Of a DNA stretch of 52,765 nt, positions 45,951 to 52,765 are shown in pieces (within the stretch, counting starts at the first letter, position 1; each line of letters starts with the position of its first letter). A program made the translations under genes and the position numbers. Below the pieces are notes generated by a model that saw nothing but the letters and a program-made list of their open reading frames with translations, was not told the DNA's origin and ran no database searches. The DNA is from an uncultured Gammaproteobacteria bacterium (GTDB lineage: Bacteria > Patescibacteriota > Microgenomatia > UBA1406 > GWC2-37-13): assembly GCA_964504235.1 (NCBI GenBank), contig CAZDDM010000002.1:1-52765 (forward strand), read 5' to 3'.

Positions 45951-46742
45951 GTATAATAGTTGTCCTGAATAAGGAGAATGCTAACAACAATTCTATCAGA
46001 ACTTATATATTTCTAATCTTACAAGGAATATTTTAATTACATAGTCGGCAGTACGGAGATATTGATTAAATGATTAAAATAAACTTGTAGTATTATTTTT
46101 TGTTACTCTCAATTAACAGTATTCATCTTGTCATAAGGCTTACTATAAGAGGGTATCAAGATAAAAATGAATATATTTTCAAAAATGGATTTATCTTGTA
46201 TAAAGTGATCTGCTATTGAATCAGATAGGTATGTTGTTGGAGTCACAAAACTATGCAACCTGCTCTCCTCTGCTTCGCTGAATGAGGGTAATTGCCAAAA
46301 TTGCACTGTCACAGCAATCCGTAAATAAAAATGAAGTAAATTAGCAGAATACGTCTATATCTGCTAATACGTATCGGTTACGCTTCTTCTTTTTTCCAGC
46401 TTGCAAAGTACCGTCCTATTGGATTATACTGACAATAGAATTCTAATCCAGAGCTGCTGAAAAATTTTTAAGCATGGCCATACATTATATAGGTCTATAT
46501 TTTTCTTTTCTTAAAATAATCGCCGCTCCAAACTTTTTGAAATTGTGCTTAAAAACGAGAAAGTACAATGAAGACTTATTAATGTTATAAAACTATAGGT
46601 CATATGCCTTTACTGCATTCCCCACTTCCCTTTCTAGGTCTATAAGAATTGTTCTAATACCGATATATAGTTCATAAAGTTAACTATATGATTTTAAGAG
46701 ATACTTTACAAATGATATGACGTCGTTTAATATAAATGGTAT

Positions 46743-47708
46743 ATGAAAATGAAAGAAGCTATTGACAGATTTTTGGAATATTGCGAACTTGATAAAAACC
46801 TGTCAGACCGTACCATTAAAATGTATGCTTATTACCTCCACTTCTTCGAGGAGTGGCTGACCAAAGAAAACGGTAAAAAAGATATACAGGTAGAAGAAAT
46901 TAATGAAGAGACGATCAGATATTTTCGACTGTATCTTTCCCGAAATTATAAGAATGAGTTCAAGGGAGAACTCAAAAAGCAAACCCAGAATTATTTCCTC
47001 GTAGCTCTCAGAAGTCTTTTCAGATACCTTATCAAGTCAAAGAAAAAGGTTATGTCTCCTGAGATGATCGAGCTCGGAAAGAGAAAGGACAGACAAGTGA
47101 AGTTTCTGAAGGAAGAAGAATTACAGCGTCTTTTTGAGGCAGTAAAGGGTGAGGACGAACGGGCACTCAGGGATAAGGCAATCCTGGAGGTCCTCTTCTC
47201 TACCGGACTTCGCGTCTCCGAACTTGCGGGTCTCGACCGTGATCAGGTAAATCTGAAGACGGGTGAATTCGGCGTCATCGGTAAAGGAGGAAAAGCGCGG
47301 GTGGTATTCCTCTCGACACGGGCGATAAATGCACTCAGGAAGTATCTTGATAAGCGAACCGATCCGTATAATCCTCTTTTTTTACGGTATTCCGGGCCCA
47401 CTCCAGATGAAGAACTTACCGACGAAAAACTCAGACTATCGGTCCGGTCAATTCAGAGAATGATTAATAAATACAGGAAGAAAGCAAATATTCTGTTCCG
47501 TATCGGACCGCACGTTCTCAGACATTCCTATGCGACGGATCTTCTGTCTCACGGCGCGGACCTCAGATCGGTTCAGGAAATGCTGGGGCACAAAAATATT
47601 GCAACGACACAAATTTATACTCATGTGACGAATTTGAGACTCAAGGAAATTCACGAAAAATTCCACTCGGGCAATACTGAAGAACCTGTTAAGAAAGAGT
47701 CAGAATAG
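46743..47708 (+). CDS. tyrosine site-specific recombinase (XerC/XerD-like)
   Basis: N-terminal SAM-like domain. 'GKGGKARVV', 'HVLRHSYATDLL' and 'GHKNIATTQIYTHV' supply the R-H-R-Y residues. Confidence 0.9.
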   Translation: MKMKEAIDRFLEYCELDKNLSDRTIKMYAYYLHFFEEWLTKENGKKDIQVEEINEETIRYFRLYLSRNYKNEFKGELKKQTQNYFLVALRSLFRYLIKSKKKVMSPEMIELGKRKDRQVKFLKEEELQRLFEAVKGEDERALRDKAILEVLFSTGLRVSELAGLDRDQVNLKTGEFGVIGKGGKARVVFLSTRAINALRKYLDKRTDPYNPLFLRYSGPTPDEELTDEKLRLSVRSIQRMINKYRKKANILFRIGPHVLRHSYATDLLSHGADLRSVQEMLGHKNIATTQIYTHVTNLRLKEIHEKFHSGNTEEPVKKESE

Positions 47709-47741
47709 CGAAATAATGAAACGGACTGATATAATTACAAC

Positions 47742-49286
47742 ATGATAAAGTCTTTACGTTCCCGACTCCCCTTTCTGATTCTTCTTGTTGCGATGACAGC
47801 TTTTGGTGTATACTTTTCTCTCTTCACGATCCTTCGCTACCAAAAACTCTATGCTCATTACTTTGATTTGGGAATCATGCATCAGACGGTTTTTAATACT
47901 TATAAAGCACTTCAGACCGGAGATATGTCCCGTGTACTTGAAATGACAGATCCTCATATGACACTTGATCAGGTCAAACGGATGTCAGTGCACAACGATA
48001 TATTCCTGGCACTCCTTTCTCCTGCCTTTTTCATATATAGCGGACCTGAGACTCTGCTTGTGATACAGGCAATCGGTGTCGCGCTGGGTGCTTTTTTTGT
48101 GTATCGGATTACTCAGATCGTTTTTGAAAAATCACGGAAGCGGGACTGGATGGCAGTGGTATTTGCATTGTCTTACCTTCTCTATCCTCCGCTTCAAAAA
48201 GCGGTCAACTTTGACTTTCATGCCGTGACTCTTTCTACTCCGCTTCTTTTGGGGATGTATTATTTCTGGCTGGAAAAAAAGTACATTCGGAGTTCTCTTT
48301 TTCTGGTTTTGACACTGCTTACCAAAGAACAGGTGGGTTTGGTCATCGCACTTTTCGGAGTATATGTATTAATTAAGAAAGTTATTGATATGGATTTCGG
48401 TTTCCTGAAAGCAAAAAATCCTCTTCATCAGATCAGAAAGCTTATCAAAGCGGCGGATCGTCGGGAAGTCATATTCAGTACATTCGCGATAACATCAGGA
48501 ATCGTTTGGGTACTCCTTTCCATGTTGGTGATTATTCCTGCTTTCCGCGGAACGGAACATTTCGGTGCACAGTACTATGAATATCTTAAGGATGATCCTC
48601 TGCGGGTTTTCCCGGTTGTATTCCGGTATGAGACTTTTCACTACCTATTTATTCTGACGGCTCCGTTGGGGATGCTGGCTCTTTTCTCTCCCGTTCACCT
48701 ATTGATGGCAGCGTCAGAGTTTGCAACCAATATTTTGTCCTCAAACGGAAATATGCGTAACATCTATTTTCATTATGATACGGCGCTTACGGCTTTTGTT
48801 ATGATTGCCTCCATATATGGAGCAAAAACGTGTCTGAATATTTCATCCAGCCGAACTGTGTTGAAAAAATTCCCGGTATCATCTGAGACAATCATCATTC
48901 TGTATGTTTTGAGTTCCACAGTTCTTTTTTCTCTGTACCTCAGTCCTCTTCCGTGGGGACATCACAGGGATTTGTATGCATGGACCACTCACCCCGGGCG
49001 TGTCCAGGATGTCAGGTTGTGGCAAAAATATCTGTCAGGAGATGATATTAAGGTGTCAGCCACAGGTCATATCGCTCCGTATTTCACCTCAAGACGGTAT
49101 TTCTATGACTTTGCCGGAGGGTATGAAAAAGCAGAATATGTAATTGTTGATGTCAGTGACATCGGCCGGGGGTTTCAAGCTGAAGAATCCACAGCCAATT
49201 ATGAAGCTCTGCAAAATGACTGGCGGTATATTACAATATATGAAAAGAATGATATTAAAGTATATAAAAATATCTCACAATTATAA
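47742..49286 (+). CDS. DUF2079-like polytopic membrane protein (putative GT-C glycosyltransferase)
   Basis: 514 aa. 'YFDLGIMHQ' first-loop motif, about 12 TM and a C-terminal soluble domain. Confidence 0.75.
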   Translation: MIKSLRSRLPFLILLVAMTAFGVYFSLFTILRYQKLYAHYFDLGIMHQTVFNTYKALQTGDMSRVLEMTDPHMTLDQVKRMSVHNDIFLALLSPAFFIYSGPETLLVIQAIGVALGAFFVYRITQIVFEKSRKRDWMAVVFALSYLLYPPLQKAVNFDFHAVTLSTPLLLGMYYFWLEKKYIRSSLFLVLTLLTKEQVGLVIALFGVYVLIKKVIDMDFGFLKAKNPLHQIRKLIKAADRREVIFSTFAITSGIVWVLLSMLVIIPAFRGTEHFGAQYYEYLKDDPLRVFPVVFRYETFHYLFILTAPLGMLALFSPVHLLMAASEFATNILSSNGNMRNIYFHYDTALTAFVMIASIYGAKTCLNISSSRTVLKKFPVSSETIIILYVLSSTVLFSLYLSPLPWGHHRDLYAWTTHPGRVQDVRLWQKYLSGDDIKVSATGHIAPYFTSRRYFYDFAGGYEKAEYVIVDVSDIGRGFQAEESTANYEALQNDWRYITIYEKNDIKVYKNISQL

Positions 49287-49301
49287 TTGAATTTAATCGG
49301 T

Positions 49302-50207
49302 ATGAAAGATTTTATCTCAGTCATTATCCCTTTTCACAATGAGAAGGAAAACCTTCCTATCCTCATCCCCGATCTGAAAGAAAAACTAAAGAAGGTGGGA
49401 GCCGGTTATGAGATAGTTCTTGTCGATGACGGGTCATTAGATGAATATCGCGCGGCACTTCAGCCACATCTGGATCAAGAAACACGGCTTGTAGTCCTCA
49501 ACAGACAGATGGGAAAAGGACGTGCGCTTACGGAAGGACTCAGAGATGCCAAAGGCAATCTGATTGTTTTCATGGATGCCGATCTCCAAGATGATCCTTC
49601 AGATTTGTCGGGTTTTTATGAAAAAATTAATGACGGATACGATTTGGTAAACGGATATCGATTTGACAGAAAAGATAATCCGATCATCAAAATATACTCA
49701 AAGTCCGCACGATGGTTTCTGCAGCATTTTTTGAGTTCTCCGTTTTCTGATATCAACTGCGGTTTCAAGATGTTCAGAAAAGAAGTCCTGAAAGAAGTTG
49801 TTTTGTACGGCAATAATTTCCGCTTCCTGCCGCTTGCCGCTTTTTATGAAGGATTTCGGGTAGGTGAAGTCAAAGTACACAACAAACCGCGTCTGCACGG
49901 CAAATCAAAGTACGGAATGCGGAAACTCTTTATCGGACTGATCGATATGCTTTCTGCCTATTTTCTCTACAAATTTTCAGAAAGGCCGCTTCACTTTTTC
50001 GGCAGTATTGGTGCGCTTTTGTTTGTCATAGGAGGGATGGCTTTGGCATGGGTGACATATGAGCGTATTTTTGAAGGTGTACTTCTCTATCGCCGTCCGG
50101 CTTTGCAGTATGCGATATTTCTTGTCATTCTTGGTATTCAGATTATTATGACAGGCATTGTCGGAGAGCTTATTGTGTATCTTCACCACAAAAAGAAGCT
50201 TTCATAA
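49302..50207 (+). CDS. GT2 polyprenol-phosphate glycosyltransferase (DPM1/GtrB/ArnC-like)
   Basis: 'SVIIPFHNE', 'VDDGS', 'MDADLQDDP' and two C-terminal TM helices. ATG at 49302 preferred over the TTG at 49287. Confidence 0.85.
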   Translation: MKDFISVIIPFHNEKENLPILIPDLKEKLKKVGAGYEIVLVDDGSLDEYRAALQPHLDQETRLVVLNRQMGKGRALTEGLRDAKGNLIVFMDADLQDDPSDLSGFYEKINDGYDLVNGYRFDRKDNPIIKIYSKSARWFLQHFLSSPFSDINCGFKMFRKEVLKEVVLYGNNFRFLPLAAFYEGFRVGEVKVHNKPRLHGKSKYGMRKLFIGLIDMLSAYFLYKFSERPLHFFGSIGALLFVIGGMALAWVTYERIFEGVLLYRRPALQYAIFLVILGIQIIMTGIVGELIVYLHHKKKLS

Positions 50208-50252
50208 CGGTAACCCCTACATTCGGCAAAGTTCTTCTGATACCATGAATAC

Positions 50253-51158
50253 ATGTCAGGAATTATTGCCATACTCACAGCCACAATCATTTGGGGAGCG
50301 GGATCACCGATTTTCAAATATGCCTTATCTGATATTCCACCCTTTACTCTTGCCTTTATCCGATTTTTTACCGCTTCTTTCATTTTTTTGCCTCTTGCAT
50401 TCAGTCATTACAAAAAAATGACCCCAAAGCTCTGGTGGCATCTTGCGATGGGTGCCTTTTGGGGAATTGCCGTCAACGTATCCTTCTTTTTTCTGGGTCT
50501 TCAGCTTTCTCCGAGCATCAACGCCACTATCATCAGTTCAATCGGACCTATACTTTTGTATGTTCTTTCACTTCGGCTGCTGAGGGAAAAACCGCATCCT
50601 CAAATCATACGCGGGATGTTTATTTCGCTTTTTGGCGTGCTGATCATAATTCTCGCTCCGCTTATCAAATCAACCCAGCTGCATACTCTGACCGAACAGG
50701 CCGGTTTAAGTGCATTTTTAGGTAATCTCTGCTTTATTGCGGCCATGATCGGCGGAATTATGATCACGATTGACAATAAGCAGCTTGCAGGGAAGGTGCA
50801 TCCGTATACCGTGACCGGCTTTCAGTTTCTGATAGGCTCGATGGCATTTGTTCCGTTTATGTTTTACGAACTTCAGTCCTGGTCTTTTGAGCAGTTGACT
50901 GATAAAAGCTGGATAGGAATTCTGTACGGAGTATTTCTGTCATCTGCACTCGCCTATTTTGCACATAATTATGCTCTGACGAAACTTTCCGCACAGAAAG
51001 TGGGGATGTTTACCTATATTATGCCTGTTGCAGCAGTCTTGGTCGCCGTTCCGCTTCTGGGAGAGTATCCCGATATCTTCTTTATGCTTGGCGCGGCAGC
51101 AGTCTTCGTCGGTATTCTGGTCGGTGAACGGAAAGTAAAAAGCGGCAGGAAGAGCTGA
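50253..51158 (+). CDS. EamA/DMT-family transporter
   Basis: 301 aa, 10 TM, duplicated EamA halves. Confidence 0.85.
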   Translation: MSGIIAILTATIIWGAGSPIFKYALSDIPPFTLAFIRFFTASFIFLPLAFSHYKKMTPKLWWHLAMGAFWGIAVNVSFFFLGLQLSPSINATIISSIGPILLYVLSLRLLREKPHPQIIRGMFISLFGVLIIILAPLIKSTQLHTLTEQAGLSAFLGNLCFIAAMIGGIMITIDNKQLAGKVHPYTVTGFQFLIGSMAFVPFMFYELQSWSFEQLTDKSWIGILYGVFLSSALAYFAHNYALTKLSAQKVGMFTYIMPVAAVLVAVPLLGEYPDIFFMLGAAAVFVGILVGERKVKSGRKS

Positions 51159-51184
51159 GCTTCTATTTGCTACAATATACGCAT

Positions 51185-52225
51185 ATGAAAAAAGTACTTA
51201 TCACCGGGGCCGGCGGATATATCGGTTCCGTCGCAACACATCTTCTTCTTTCGAAAGGATATGAAATAGTCGCGGTTGACAACTTCTCAACGGGATTCAG
51301 GCAACCTTTGGAAACCCTTCAGCAAAAACACGGTGAAGGTAAACTCAGATATTATGAAATTGACCTCTCTGCCGATCTTTCGGAGGTTTTTTCAAAAGAA
51401 AGAGACATTGATGCGGTACTCCATTACGCTGCAAGCTGCAGTGTCAATGAATCTATGGAAAATCCGGGTAAATATTTTTCGAATAACACCTGTGCGACGC
51501 ACAATTTTATCAAACAATTCGTTGAAAACGGGATAAAGCATATGGTATTCTCCTCTACCTGTGCAGTGTACGGCGAGGCTGATTATGTGCCGATCGACGA
51601 AAAGCATCCGACCCGTCCTGCCAATCCGTACGGTGAATCGAAACTGATGTCTGAAAAGGTCATTCAGTGGTACGGCAGGCTGAAAGGATTGAATTACGTC
51701 ATCCTTCGCTATTTCAATGTCTGCGGTGCGACAGATGACGGTTTAATCGGAGATGCCAAAAAACCGTCAGTTCATTTGATGCAGAATGCGGTACGCGGTG
51801 CTCTCGGTCTTGAGCCGTTTTACCTCACCTGCGGCAAATTTGACACTCCTGACGGGACCCCTATCCGTGATTATGTCAATGTCGTCGACCTCAATCAGGC
51901 TCATCTTCTCGCACTTGAGTATCTGACACAAGGTGGCAAAAGTGAGATTATCAACCTCGGAACAGGGACCGGAAACTCCGTCATGGAGATTGTGAAGCAG
52001 GTAGAAGAAATTACGGGTAAAAAGATCAATGTTGATACTGGTTCCGAGCGTGCCGGCGAATATGCCAAAATGATCGCCTCCACTGAAAAAGCTCAACAAG
52101 TGCTTGGCTGGAAACCGGAACACTCTCTCAAAGACAGTGTTCAGACGCTTGTGGATTGGTATACTGCACGTCCCAAAGGTTGGGAAAAAATAATTACTGT
52201 AAAAAGGTCATGGGCGGGCCGATAG
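51185..52225 (+). CDS. galE: UDP-glucose 4-epimerase
   Basis: 'ITGAGGYIGS', 'YGESK' (YxxxK) and 'RYFNVCGA'. ATG at 51185 preferred over the TTG at 51167. Confidence 0.9.
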   Translation: MKKVLITGAGGYIGSVATHLLLSKGYEIVAVDNFSTGFRQPLETLQQKHGEGKLRYYEIDLSADLSEVFSKERDIDAVLHYAASCSVNESMENPGKYFSNNTCATHNFIKQFVENGIKHMVFSSTCAVYGEADYVPIDEKHPTRPANPYGESKLMSEKVIQWYGRLKGLNYVILRYFNVCGATDDGLIGDAKKPSVHLMQNAVRGALGLEPFYLTCGKFDTPDGTPIRDYVNVVDLNQAHLLALEYLTQGGKSEIINLGTGTGNSVMEIVKQVEEITGKKINVDTGSERAGEYAKMIASTEKAQQVLGWKPEHSLKDSVQTLVDWYTARPKGWEKIITVKRSWAGR

Positions 52226-52239
52226 CTATCGGCCCGCCC
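52212..52239. terminator. 28-nt perfect GC-rich palindrome between convergent genes
   Basis: GGGCGGGCCGATAG|CTATCGGCCCGCCC overlaps the galE stop codon. No clean U-tract on either side. Confidence 0.45.
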
Positions 52240-52268
52240 TAACAATCTGCATACTGGAAATTTCCTTT

Positions 52269-52616
52269 TTACCACTGATAGGTATAAGGATCTTCCATGG
52301 TGAAAACTCCCTGTAGCTGCCAGTGCAGCTCATCCTCAGTAAGGACTGCTCTGTAGATGAGCGTATAAAGCTCATCATCCTGAAATACATGTCCGCTGAA
52401 GCCTACTCCAGCACTCGTACCGGCTTTACGATCTTCCATACGATGACTGTAACGGATTCTCGTTCGTCCCTGACTAAGCAGTGACAACATCTCCTCCTTA
52501 ATACTTCGGGGAATCTGATGTTCAGTCAAAGCCGTGATGTCACGGGCGATGTGTGCGATGGCGATAGGCTCGATACAAATAATGCTTTCATTTGTTTCGT
52601 TCGGATCGACAGGCAT
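52269..52616 (-). CDS. hypothetical protein
   Basis: 115-aa ORF, somewhat GC-richer than its surroundings. No family recognised. Confidence 0.55.
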   Translation of the reverse strand: MPVDPNETNESIICIEPIAIAHIARDITALTEHQIPRSIKEEMLSLLSQGRTRIRYSHRMEDRKAGTSAGVGFSGHVFQDDELYTLIYRAVLTEDELHWQLQGVFTMEDPYTYQW

Positions 52617-52765
52617 GATAAACGTTCCTTTCTCTTTAGATGGATGAAAGTAGTTGCAGATTGTAAAAGCATGCTTATCCCGTCACATCAAGCAGCTGTT
52701 GCCTGAGAGACGGAACTTGCATATCCGTATTCCATAAACCGGAATACAGGCATATTATACACATT

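Noticed and set aside
44789-47708. A tRNA-Leu-integrated genomic island mobilised by the tyrosine recombinase.
   Set aside because: The recombinase has XerC/D-like architecture, is 1.9 kb from the tRNA, and is directly followed by housekeeping envelope genes. No direct repeat of the tRNA 3' end was spotted. I kept only a low-interest note on the intergenic region.
1-52765. CRISPR arrays, IS elements, prophage genes, and an alternative genetic code (UGA recoding as in some CPR lineages).
   Set aside because: No regularly spaced direct repeats were seen, and no transposase, phage structural or reverse-transcriptase ORFs. Long conserved ORFs such as copA, hflX and trpB2 read through cleanly, and genes terminate at TGA/TAA/TAG under the standard code.

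Overview
This is a compact, gene-dense bacterial fragment of about 40% GC by eye. It uses the standard genetic code, with long ORFs that end at TGA, TAA or TAG. I call about 60 protein genes and two tRNAs: tRNA-Ser(GGA) at 43850-43938 and tRNA-Leu(TAG) at 44789-44872. I saw no rRNA, CRISPR array, transposase or reverse transcriptase.

The gene content suggests a small-genome, CPR/Patescibacteria-like organism (inference):
- Many GT-C/GT39, DUF2079 and GT2 glycosylation genes, plus GalE and SDR sugar-nucleotide enzymes.
- Extracytoplasmic thiol-redox proteins (DsbA-like, DipZ-like), tandem RRM proteins, a stand-alone TrpB2, NadD/NadE, HflX, LexA and a Xer recombinase.
- A CsoR-controlled copper operon ending in CopA.

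The most interesting observations, all unverified hypotheses from reading the sequence:
1. The left end may be a tryptophan-salvage module. It runs TrpR/YerC-like gene, 24-codon leader ORF with two Trp codons and terminator/antiterminator pairings, a 460-nt structured spacer with a 15-bp long-range stem around a 57-codon ORF, trpB2, then a tightly coupled ParB/Srx-fold 'DGHHR' protein that could be a serine kinase supplying O-phosphoserine.
2. A 1.1-kb ORF-free, hairpin-rich region lies between two convergent genes (11621-12723).
3. A solitary HEPN-like (Rx4H) protein sits with a small membrane protein next to hflX.
4. A GC-rich orphan gene has its own near-leaderless promoter, next to a hairpin-dense GC-rich leader.
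5. A secreted protein carries five 29-aa four-cysteine modules whose DNA copies differ mostly synonymously.
6. Enzyme-like proteins lack canonical catalytic residues: a Ser->Ala alpha/beta hydrolase and a Lys-less DegT-like protein coupled to a membrane-anchored MurF-like ligase.
7. A perfect 20-bp palindrome upstream of lexA is a candidate SOS box.
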